Below, piece after piece: positions 55,513 to 64,000 of a stretch of DNA of 64,000 nt (the stretch's first letter is position 1; the number at the start of each line of letters is the position of its first letter). The notes under the pieces were generated by a model, which saw only the letters and a program-made list of their open reading frames with translations, was not told where the DNA came from and searched no databases. The translations under genes and the position numbers were made by a program. Location: the IMG/VR virus record IMGVR_UViG_3300035169_000087, positions 35,072 to 99,071 of that record; one strand, given 5' to 3'. This DNA comes from a virus.

Positions 55513-57546
55513 GTGGCCACACCCGACCTCCTTGAGGTCTACGCCCCGATCCTGAAGAAGGAGAAGGACCCGAAGACCGGGCATCTCTACGTCTACGGCA
55601 AGATCACCGGCTCCGACCTGGATCACGACCAGCAGCGGATGGATCCGGGCTGGCTCAAGACCGCCGTCCCGGACTGGTTTCGCATCGGTAACCTGCGTCT
55701 CCAGCACGACCCTAAGACCGCGATCGGCAAGGCCGTCGAGCTCGAGGAGAAGAACGACGGCTGGTACATCGGCGCGAAGGTCGTGGACCGGGACGCGATC
55801 GTCAAGGTCGAAGAGGACGTGCTCACCGGGTTCTCCATCGGTGTGAAGAACCATCGGCTCGACTTCTCCAACAAGGCGGACGCGCCCAACGGCACGTGCG
55901 TGGCCGGGCGGATCGTGGAGACCTCGCTCGTCGATGCGCCCTGCCTGGGTAGCGCCAAGATCGCCGATCACTGGCGGCTGCCGCTGGCCAAGGCGGACGG
56001 AAGCGGCGAACTCCAGACCGTCGAGGAGCCCACGCTCGAGCGCGTCGCCTCGCCGACCTACGGCCTTCCCGCCGAACTGTTCGACCGTCTCGCCGCGCCG
56101 GTCAAGCAGGCTCTCGCGGATCTCGCCGCCGCTGGCGCGCAAGTCGACGCACACCCCGAGGCCCCTGCGGACGCCGAGAAGGCTGACGCCCCCACGCCTT
56201 TGGTGGTGAACGTGACGGTGTCCGGCTCGGTCACGAGGTCAGGCGAGTTGGCCGACGAACTGCGCAAGGCGGCCGCGCAGTACGCCACCCGCGCCGCCTC
56301 CACCGCGGGCGAGCCGCTGGAGAAGGCATACACGGCCGAGCAGAAGCGCCAGGCGCTCGCCGCCGGCCAGGCGATGCCCAACGCGAAGGGCGAACCGTCC
56401 TACACGATCAAGACGAAGGCCGACCTGCGGCGCGCCATCAAGGCCGTCGGCCGCGGAAACGCCGATCACAACGACGTGAGAAAGCACATCCTGACCCGGG
56501 CCAAGGCCCTCGGATTGGAGAGCATGGTGCCCGAGAACTGGAACGCCGACGGATCGCTCAAGGATGCGGCCAAGGCCGACACCGCGACGATCGAGAAGGC
56601 CGAGGCGCTGCTGCGTGACGTGCGCGCCCTCGTCCCGGACCTCGCCAAGGCCGACGACGGTGACGACGCGGACGGCGGCGAGGACGGCGGCGAGGACGAG
56701 TCCGGGGACATCGCGGGCGCGCAGGAAGCGATCACCGCGATCGCGAAGCTGATCGTGTCCGAAGCCGAATCCCTCGCGCAGGGCAACCTCAACGAGGCGT
56801 GCGACATCGCGCTGCTGCTGGACGCCGTGCGCGCTCTGAAGTGGTTCCAGGCCAACGAGCGCAATGAGCAGTCCGGCCTCGACGACGGCGCGCTGATGCT
56901 CGCCGACAACCCGGCCGGCACCGACCTGCTCAAGGCCGACGGCAAGAACAGCGGCAACCTCGCGCCCCCGTTCAAGAAGAAGGGCACGAAGGCGTCCGAC
57001 GCCGAAGACGACTCCGACGGCGACGCAGGCGACGACGCTGACGAGCCGGACGACGAGGACGAGAAGCCGGCCGCGAAGAAGAAGACTGCGGCGAAGGCGG
57101 ACGGCGCCGAGCCCCTGCTGACGAAGGCCGAAGCCACCGACGCCATCAACGCCGCCGTCGCAGCCGCACTCGCCCAGAACAACGCACCCCAGAGCGTTCC
57201 GGCCCCCGCGCCGGACACCGTGACCAAGACCGAACTCGCAGACATGGTCAAGAACGCAGTGGCAGAGGCCCGGTCCGCCGACGAGGAGCGCATCACCGCG
57301 CTCACGGCCGACCTGGCGAAGGCCCAAGGCGATCTGAACGCCATCAAGGCGACGCCGGTCCCCGGCGGCCCGGTGCTCACACGCACCGCCGCCCAGCAGG
57401 AGTCCGCGCTGCAAAGCGACTCCCAGGCGCTGCACGCGCAGGCCAACGCGCTCCTGGCGAAGGCGGAGGCGTTCTCCGCGAACCGGGACCTGTCCGAGGG
57501 CTACCGGCAGCGCGCCAAGGCGCTGCTCGCGAAAGCCGCCGCCTGA
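55513..57546 (+). CDS. prohead protease/scaffold protein
   Basis: VYGK...DHDQQ...LRLQH...IGKAV...LTGFSIG...ETSLVDAP (HK97-type protease), then a long acidic/helical region. Confidence 0.8.
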   Translation: MATPDLLEVYAPILKKEKDPKTGHLYVYGKITGSDLDHDQQRMDPGWLKTAVPDWFRIGNLRLQHDPKTAIGKAVELEEKNDGWYIGAKVVDRDAIVKVEEDVLTGFSIGVKNHRLDFSNKADAPNGTCVAGRIVETSLVDAPCLGSAKIADHWRLPLAKADGSGELQTVEEPTLERVASPTYGLPAELFDRLAAPVKQALADLAAAGAQVDAHPEAPADAEKADAPTPLVVNVTVSGSVTRSGELADELRKAAAQYATRAASTAGEPLEKAYTAEQKRQALAAGQAMPNAKGEPSYTIKTKADLRRAIKAVGRGNADHNDVRKHILTRAKALGLESMVPENWNADGSLKDAAKADTATIEKAEALLRDVRALVPDLAKADDGDDADGGEDGGEDESGDIAGAQEAITAIAKLIVSEAESLAQGNLNEACDIALLLDAVRALKWFQANERNEQSGLDDGALMLADNPAGTDLLKADGKNSGNLAPPFKKKGTKASDAEDDSDGDAGDDADEPDDEDEKPAAKKKTAAKADGAEPLLTKAEATDAINAAVAAALAQNNAPQSVPAPAPDTVTKTELADMVKNAVAEARSADEERITALTADLAKAQGDLNAIKATPVPGGPVLTRTAAQQESALQSDSQALHAQANALLAKAEAFSANRDLSEGYRQRAKALLAKAAA

Positions 57547-57574
57547 CCCACCGCACCACCCCCACCGACCATCC

Positions 57575-57598
57575 AGGCCCCGCCACCGTGCGGGGCCT
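57575..57598 (+). terminator. hairpin before the capsid gene
   Basis: AGGCCCCGC...GCGGGGCCT followed by TT. Confidence 0.5.
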
Positions 57599-57621
57599 TT
57601 CGCATGGAAGGAGCAGAGCTC

Positions 57622-59367
57622 ATGGCTCTGCCCGCGAACCTCGAACTGCTCTTCGGCGAGTCGCCGGAAGCCCCGACGCTGTCGAAGGCGGAAGTCTCCG
57701 AGCGCTTCGACGACCTGGTCAAGTCCATCGGCACCATGCCGGAGCGGGAGTTGTCCCGCGAGGAGATCGTCACCTCGTTCAAGGCCGGTCGCCCGATCGA
57801 CTTCTCCGACCGCCCGACCACCGCCTACGAGTACGTGGCGAAGGCGCTGGGCTCCCCGGAGCTGACCAAGTCGGTGTCCGCCGACACGGTCGCCTCGGTG
57901 ATGGCGGCCCTGGACGGGCTCAAGGCCCAGCAGCCGGACCTGGTCAAGGACATCAACCTGACCAGCCCGGTCGGTACCGGCCTGGTCGCGTTCGACCTGG
58001 AGGCGCCCGCGAAGATCCTCGCGCCGCGGCCCACGCCGCTGCGCAACTCGATCCCCCGGATCAAGGGCAGCGGCACCAGCCACCGGTTCAAGGTGATCTC
58101 CGGGTTCACCGGTTCCGGTACCGGCGGCGTCGGCAACATCCACCCCGGCATCCTGGACACCACGCAGAACAACTTCGCGCCGTCCGGCGCGGGTAACTCG
58201 CTGTACTACGCCCGCGGCCCGAAGATCCAGTACGCGGGCTCGGACGTCATCCTGCCCTACAGCCAGTTCAGCATGTCGGACGAGGTGACCTGGTCCGCGC
58301 AGTACGCCGGCCAGGGCTACCAGGACATCCGGCAGCTCTCGCGCACCAGCCTGCTGTACGCCAGCATGCTGATGGAGGAGCGGATGCTGCTGATGGGCCG
58401 CGGCACCGCCTCCGGGTACTCGGGTGCTCTGGCCGCGCCGACCGGCACGTCACTGGTGGACAACACGGTCGGCACCGGGCAGGTCGCGCTGACCGGGTAC
58501 ACCACGAACATCTACGTGTACGTCACCGCAGACGCGGGAGCTTTCGGCGAGTCGGTGGTCTCCACGGTGGCGACGATCGCGCCGACCTCGACGCACAACG
58601 TGGTGCTGCGGCTGACCGACGTGCCGCAGGCGCTGGGCTACAAGGTGTACATCGGTACGGGCGCGTCGCAGCCGGCGAACTCGGCGTTCTTCTTCTACGG
58701 CCGGTTCTCGAACCAGGCCGCGAACGGCGGCGGCACGGGCGGCACGGGCATCGTGCTGCAGGGCGCGATCCCGACGACGGGCGCGAACCCGCCCACCGCG
58801 GACACCTCGGCGTATGGCGCCGGGTACGACGGGATCCTGGCGTGGTGCATGGGCTCCTCGTCCGGCTACAACGTCAAGATCAACTCGACGTTCTCGACGA
58901 GCAACCCGGGCAGCGAGTTCCAGACCGCGTTCGCGTCGCTGTACGGCAGCGTGAAGGCGGACCCGGACCGGATCCTGTACAACGGCGCCGACCGCAAGCA
59001 GCAGTCCGACACGCTCAAGGCGGGCACCAGCAACAACTACTTCCTGCAGATCACGCAGGACGAGGTGCGTGGTGTCGCGCTCGGCTCCGTCGCCGTCGCG
59101 ATCATGAACGAGACGACCGGCAAGCGCGTCGAGATGGAAGTCAACCCGTGGATGCCGCAGGGCGTCTGCCCGATCGTCTCCGACGCACTGCCGATCCCGG
59201 ACACCCAGGTCTCCAACGTCTGGTCCGTGTGCAACGTCCAGGAGCTGATGGGCATCGACTGGCCCGTCACGCAGTTCGCGTACGAGTCGTCAAGCTATTG
59301 GTACGGCACGCTGCTATGTTACGCCCCGGCCTGGAACGGCTGCATCTCCGGCGTGACGGCCGCATAG
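57622..59367 (+). CDS. major capsid protein
   Basis: Follows the scaffold; strong RBS and codon bias; FDLEAPAK...P..TPLRN.IPR, EERMLL, YGTLLCYAPAW; an inserted beta-rich domain is likely. Confidence 0.8.
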   Translation: MALPANLELLFGESPEAPTLSKAEVSERFDDLVKSIGTMPERELSREEIVTSFKAGRPIDFSDRPTTAYEYVAKALGSPELTKSVSADTVASVMAALDGLKAQQPDLVKDINLTSPVGTGLVAFDLEAPAKILAPRPTPLRNSIPRIKGSGTSHRFKVISGFTGSGTGGVGNIHPGILDTTQNNFAPSGAGNSLYYARGPKIQYAGSDVILPYSQFSMSDEVTWSAQYAGQGYQDIRQLSRTSLLYASMLMEERMLLMGRGTASGYSGALAAPTGTSLVDNTVGTGQVALTGYTTNIYVYVTADAGAFGESVVSTVATIAPTSTHNVVLRLTDVPQALGYKVYIGTGASQPANSAFFFYGRFSNQAANGGGTGGTGIVLQGAIPTTGANPPTADTSAYGAGYDGILAWCMGSSSGYNVKINSTFSTSNPGSEFQTAFASLYGSVKADPDRILYNGADRKQQSDTLKAGTSNNYFLQITQDEVRGVALGSVAVAIMNETTGKRVEMEVNPWMPQGVCPIVSDALPIPDTQVSNVWSVCNVQELMGIDWPVTQFAYESSSYWYGTLLCYAPAWNGCISGVTAA

Positions 59368-59387
59368 CAGCCTGCTGATATAGCGTG

Positions 59388-59464
59388 GTGGCCGGGGCTC
59401 GATGCCCCGGCCACTGCCAGCCCGTAGCGAAGGCCCGATACCGGAAGCGGTGTCGGGCCTTCGC
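59388..59464 (+). terminator. two tandem hairpins after the capsid gene
   Basis: GTGGCCGGGGC/GCCCCGGCCAC and GCGAAGGCCCGA/TCGGGCCTTCGC. Confidence 0.6.
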
Positions 59465-59484
59465 CATGAAGTAAGGAGTCCGCA

Positions 59485-60739
59485 ATGCGCCTGGCAGCAC
59501 CGAGCAGCACCGTCGCGGGCATGGAGGTCAAAGGCGCCCAGACCGGCCGCGTCACCCGCTACAACGGCCGGATCATGGACGTGGAGAACCCGGCGCACGT
59601 CAAGGCGCTCATGTCCGAAGGCGCGTTCCCCGTGTCCCTGGCCGGACGCACAAGCGCCGGGCTCGGCTACCGCTGCCCGGCGTGCGGGCACGGCTCGTAC
59701 TTCGTCCGCTGCGGCAAGTGCGGCGGCGACTGTGAAAGGGAGGGCTGATGCCCCCGCGCACCCGCAAGACCGCCGAGACCCAGCCGCCCGCGCCGTCGCT
59801 CGAAGACGCCGCGACCGACGCCGACACCAGCCCGGAAGCGCCCGAGCAAGACCCGGGCGCAGCCGGACCCGAGGTGAGCCAGCCGGACAACGCGTCCGCC
59901 GAGGACGCGTCCGAGCAGCAGCCCACGGCCGGCGACCCCGCGCCCGCGCCGATCCAGCCGCCGTCACTGACCTACCACTGGGTGTCGGTCAACGGCGACG
60001 GCTCCGAACCCTGCCGCCACTGCCCGCCCGGCGCACCACCGGCTGGCGCAGGCTCCTACGGCTGCCCGCACGGCCAGTGGGTGCGCGTCCAGGACGCCGA
60101 CTGATGGGAAAGATCGTGCGCGGCAACGGCTCGGCCGCCGTCGCCGTGAGCAGCAGCGGCCAGGACTACCCCGCCGCGCAGGCGGTGGCCCTGACAGACG
60201 GGGAGAACAACCTGGTTTCCCTCGCCGGCGGCGCACTGCCCACCTCCTCCGGTTCCGGCCCCACCGCCTCCCTGAGTGCCGTCACCGCGACCGGGGCGGG
60301 CACGGTCGTCGACCTCGGCGTGGTGCGCTCCTCGCACACCATGCAGACCACCGTCAGCGGCGCGCCCGCCACCGTGTCCGTCAACCTCGAAGGCTCCCTC
60401 GCCGCGGCCGGACCGTGGGCGGTGCTCGCGAACTCCACCTCCACCACCGGGGACGTGCAGACCGCGTCGGGCAAGGCCGTGCGGTACGTGCGCGCGAACC
60501 TGGTGACCCTCACCGGCGGCACCGCGCCCACCGTCACCGCCCTGATCGCCTCCGCACAGTAGATGGCCGTCACCGTGCGCCTCGCCGCCCCGCGCAGCGA
60601 GAAGATCGCCCACGAACTGGGCGAGGAGTTCACCGTGGACGGCGACGGCAACCTCGTGATCACCGCACGCGAAGGCCGCGCCGAACGCGCCGTGGCGATT
60701 TACGCGGCCGGGACATGGCTCAGCGCCGAAACCGACTGA
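59485..60739 (+). other. four small virion-region CDS (59485-59748, 59748-60104, 60104-60562, 60563-60739)
   Basis: RBS and TGATG coupling; 60104-60562 is beta-rich (possible decoration protein). Confidence 0.65.
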
Positions 60740-60779
60740 CCGCCCGTATTCGGCGACCGCGCGAACGGAGGCGGCCGCG

Positions 60780-61664
60780 TTGATCACCCCGTACGTGTCG
60801 GTCGGCTCGTTCAAAGCCCACCCCACCTACCTGGACCTCGGCGACCTGCGCTACGGCGACCCGTCCTCCACCGACCAGGACGCGCAGCTCAACGACCTGC
60901 TGCTGATGTCCAGTGCGTGGGCCGACGGGTACTGCGAGCAGCCGATCTCGGCGCACCAGAACACCCAGAACCTGCGCACCCGTTTCGGCCGCGACGGCAC
61001 CTTGAAGATCCACCCGGATCACACGCCCGTGATCGCGGTGTCCTCGGTCGGCTACGGCTACACGCCCACGACGCTGACCACGATCAGCAACCCGGGCGTG
61101 TGGAGCGAGGACGAACGCAACCTGGTCATCCAGATCGGCGGATCCACCAGCCCGTGGTCCGGGTCGCTGCAGTTCGGTCCCCCGACCGGCGGCTACCCGG
61201 TGTACGCGCAACTGGTCTACGCCGCCGGGTTCGTCGCCACGACCCTCGCCGCGACCGCAGCAGCCGGGGTGTCCGCGCTGCTGGTCACGGACCCCACCGG
61301 CGTGCAGCCCGGGTCGGTGTACCGCATCTGGGAACCCGGCGCCGAGGAAAGCGTCACCGTATCCTCCGCGTTCGTCCCGCCCCCGGTCACCGTGCCCCCG
61401 GTAGCCACCAGCGTCCCGCTCGCCACGCCGACGCTGTTCGCGCACGCCACAGGCCAGGACTTCACGAACATGCACAACGACACGCGCCTGGCGATCGTGA
61501 ACTACACCGTCGCGCAACTGCTGCGCCCGGACACCGCCGCCGAGGACTCCTACCCGGACACGCGCATGGCGTCCGGGACGCGGCAAACCGACTCGCGCAA
61601 GGACGGCTCCGGCCTGATCGACGAGGCCGAACGGCTCCTGGAGCGACTTCGCCGTACCAGGTAG
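60780..61664 (+). CDS. head-tail adaptor (putative)
   Basis: Synteny; LL..SS.WADGYC pattern and a C-terminal EAERLL...RR. Confidence 0.6.
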   Translation: MITPYVSVGSFKAHPTYLDLGDLRYGDPSSTDQDAQLNDLLLMSSAWADGYCEQPISAHQNTQNLRTRFGRDGTLKIHPDHTPVIAVSSVGYGYTPTTLTTISNPGVWSEDERNLVIQIGGSTSPWSGSLQFGPPTGGYPVYAQLVYAAGFVATTLAATAAAGVSALLVTDPTGVQPGSVYRIWEPGAEESVTVSSAFVPPPVTVPPVATSVPLATPTLFAHATGQDFTNMHNDTRLAIVNYTVAQLLRPDTAAEDSYPDTRMASGTRQTDSRKDGSGLIDEAERLLERLRRTR

Positions 61665-61710
61665 ACGCGCCGGCCTGCTCCCGCCCGCTCGCCGCGAGAG
61701 GGGCCGCCGC

Positions 61711-62241
61711 GTGTCGATCCAGAACGTCTTGGACGGGATCTGCCAGTACTTCGGCGGCCCCTACGACGCGACCACCCGCACCTACCGCTCCTCACTGGTC
61801 GACGGCGTCGGGGTGGTGCGCCGCGCGTGGGCGAAACGCGACAACCACGCCGACTACTTCAACGGCATGCCGCCCGGCACCCGCACCGGCAGCCAGATCG
61901 TCGTGCACATCGCGCACCAGCGCGAAACCCGCAAAGCCGTGGGCGGCGCGACCAGCGGCCTGAAACGCGCCGCGTACACGGTGGTGCTGCACTGCTACAT
62001 CCGCTCCAACACCCCGCACGCCGAGGACGCCCAAGACGACGTGTACGCGCTGCGCGACGCCCTGGTCGCCAGGCTGCGCCAGGACCGCACCCTCGGCGGC
62101 GCGGTGTTCCAGGCCGGCGAGGCGGTGGAGGGCGAAACCTCCTGGATCGAGTTCGAGTACGGGCAGGCCGAAACCAAGGACGAACTGACCAAGAACTACC
62201 TGTCCATGCAGTTCCCGGCCACCGAGTACCTCTACGCCTGA
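61711..62241 (+). CDS. tail completion/terminator protein (putative)
   Basis: Synteny; LRQDRTLGGAV motif. Confidence 0.6.
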   Translation: MSIQNVLDGICQYFGGPYDATTRTYRSSLVDGVGVVRRAWAKRDNHADYFNGMPPGTRTGSQIVVHIAHQRETRKAVGGATSGLKRAAYTVVLHCYIRSNTPHAEDAQDDVYALRDALVARLRQDRTLGGAVFQAGEAVEGETSWIEFEYGQAETKDELTKNYLSMQFPATEYLYA

Positions 62242-62648
62242 TGGCCAAGCGGGCACGGCGGCACTCCAGCCGCCGCCACGAGTCGCCCGCCGCCCGACGC
62301 AAGCAGTCGGCGCGCGAGAAAGGCCACAAGCACCCGCACCGCGGCGCCCACGCCCACCGCAAGCACGTACCCCACCGGCACGTGCACCGCCGCAAAGGAC
62401 TCAAGCACCCACACAAGGGCCCGCGCACCAAACGCCACGCGCGGCGCACACCGGTGCGGCACGGCAAGACGAAACACGCGACAACCCGGCACCAGCGCGC
62501 CCACCACCCGCCGCGCGAACGCATCCGCCCCTCCCGGCTCAAACACGGCCGCACCCGCCTGCCCTCCCGGTTCCGCAAAGGCAAACGCATCCGCGGCATG
62601 CGCTCCCCGTTCACCGCCGGCCGCAGGCACATGCGCGCCTGGCGCTGA
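62241..62648 (+). CDS. extremely basic Arg/His/Lys-rich protein (135 aa)
   Basis: TGATG coupling, GC-ending codons; fills the gap between structural genes. Confidence 0.65.
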   Translation: MAKRARRHSSRRHESPAARRKQSAREKGHKHPHRGAHAHRKHVPHRHVHRRKGLKHPHKGPRTKRHARRTPVRHGKTKHATTRHQRAHHPPRERIRPSRLKHGRTRLPSRFRKGKRIRGMRSPFTAGRRHMRAWR

Positions 62649-62692
62649 CCGCCCCCTTCCCCGCACCGCCAACCCGAGAGGGAGGCCGCGCC

Positions 62693-62977
62693 ATGCCGCC
62701 GCGCACACGAACCGCCGCGCCAACCCAGGACACCGACCCGCCAGCAGCGCACGCCGCACCCGAACCGGACCGCGGCGGCTGGTTCCGCAACACCGGCCAC
62801 ACCGAACTGACGGTCCTCGGCGACGGGGCCACCGCCGTGCTCGCCCCCGGCCGCATCGCCCCCCTCACCCGCACCCCCACCCACCGGGACCTGGCCGCGG
62901 CCAGCGAAGCGGACTTCCTCGCGCAGCAGGCCGCCGACGAGGCGAGCGCGCCCGGCACCGACGAAACGGAGGCGTAA
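62693..62977 (+). CDS. hypothetical protein
   Basis: GGAGG RBS. Confidence 0.6.
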   Translation: MPPRTRTAAPTQDTDPPAAHAAPEPDRGGWFRNTGHTELTVLGDGATAVLAPGRIAPLTRTPTHRDLAAASEADFLAQQAADEASAPGTDETEA

Positions 62978-62983
62978 AGCGCC

Positions 62984-64000
62984 ATGGCCGGCCCCGTTAC
63001 CTTCCCCAGCATCAAACGGTTCCTCGGGATCGCGAAGGAAACCACCCCCGGCACCCCGGTCGCCCCCGTCGGGTTCCTGCCGATCACCAAGTTCGACTGG
63101 AACGACAAACCCGTGTGGCTCAAGGACATGGGCCTGCGCGGGGTGATGGGCAACGACGCGTTCAACATCATCCAGGGTGTCGAGGTCGGTGAACTCGACT
63201 TCGAAGGCCCCGTGTTCGCCGACGAACTGGGCTACCTGATCGGGAACCTGTTCGGCGCGGATGACACCACCGGATCGAGCGCGCCGTTCACGCACAAGTT
63301 CTCGCTGCTCAACACCGGCAGCGGGCAGCCGACCACGCACACCGCCACCCAGTCCTGGGGGATCACCCCGACGTCCGGCGCGAGGCAGTTCGCGTCGATG
63401 TGCGTGTCGGAGCTCGGGTTCAAGTTCAACGCCGAATCCGAGTTGCTGACCTATACGGCGAAAGCCTCCTCGTGGATCTCCAACGCCGCCGCGGCGGCTC
63501 CCACGGCGACGTTCACGGGCGCGAAGCCGCTGCCGTCGTGGCAGTCGGTGCTCGGTATCGCCGGTCCGGCTACGGGCGGCACGCAGGTGCTGACGGTGCA
63601 GTCCGGGGAGTTCAACTTCAAGCGCGCGATCAAGCCGTATTTCACGGCGCAGAACTCGCAGAACCCGTACATCTTCCAGCGCGGCGGGGTGACCGCGGAC
63701 TGGAAGCTGACGTTCGTCGCCGCGGACGAGAGCCCGCTCACGTACATGCGCAACAACACCCAGCCGCAGATCCAGTTCATTTTGAACAACGGTTTGACGC
63801 TCGGTAACGCGCTGGTGGTGCAGGTGGACATCGCGCAGGCGGCGTTCACGGAGTCCAAGCCGAACTTCGGCGAAGAGGCGATCAAGTTCGACTGTGCCGG
63901 TTCGTGCGTGTTCAACAGCACGAACATCGGTACCAGCGGCGGCCTGGGTCCGGCGACGGTGAGCCTGCAGAACGCGATCGCCGCAGCCACCTACCTGTAA
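62984..64000 (+). CDS. major tail tube protein
   Basis: FLGIAKETTPGTPV N-terminus, beta-rich, synteny. Confidence 0.8.
   Translation: MAGPVTFPSIKRFLGIAKETTPGTPVAPVGFLPITKFDWNDKPVWLKDMGLRGVMGNDAFNIIQGVEVGELDFEGPVFADELGYLIGNLFGADDTTGSSAPFTHKFSLLNTGSGQPTTHTATQSWGITPTSGARQFASMCVSELGFKFNAESELLTYTAKASSWISNAAAAAPTATFTGAKPLPSWQSVLGIAGPATGGTQVLTVQSGEFNFKRAIKPYFTAQNSQNPYIFQRGGVTADWKLTFVAADESPLTYMRNNTQPQIQFILNNGLTLGNALVVQVDIAQAAFTESKPNFGEEAIKFDCAGSCVFNSTNIGTSGGLGPATVSLQNAIAAATYL

Noticed and set aside
1-64000. Integrase, att sites, RtcB ligase, endolysin, tape measure
   Set aside because: No recognisable motifs in this window; they may lie outside it.

Overview
High-GC actinomycete (Streptomycetaceae-like) temperate phage, prophage or phage-plasmid segment. 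Bases 1-26.9 kb hold many short early/accessory genes: a DNA methylase, WhiB, two LuxR-type HTH proteins, a SLOG/DUF2493 protein, a PP2C phosphatase, a DUF6221 protein, a Nudix pair, a PemK/MazF toxin-antitoxin pair and a ubiquitin-like protein. Bases 26.9-40 kb are an AICE/conjugative-plasmid-like module: putative origin, P4/D5 helicase, KorSA-like GntR, Xis-like HTH, a DUF2637/Spd-like protein with embedded 8-bp clt-like repeats, and a TraB-like FtsK. Bases 43.5-64 kb are a virion module: fibre-like protein, ParB-methylase, TerS, TerL, portal-MuF fusion, protease/scaffold, capsid, neck proteins and tail tube. The standout is a self-contained + strand cassette at 13.3-16.8 kb, inserted among - strand genes. 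It has four tandem Y-RNA-like ncRNAs (three carry circularly permuted tRNA modules, one with a complete Tyr-GUA anticodon arm) followed by a Ro60/Rsr TROVE-vWA gene interrupted by a 390-aa LAGLIDADG intein. All family assignments come from motif recognition by eye; no database searches were run.
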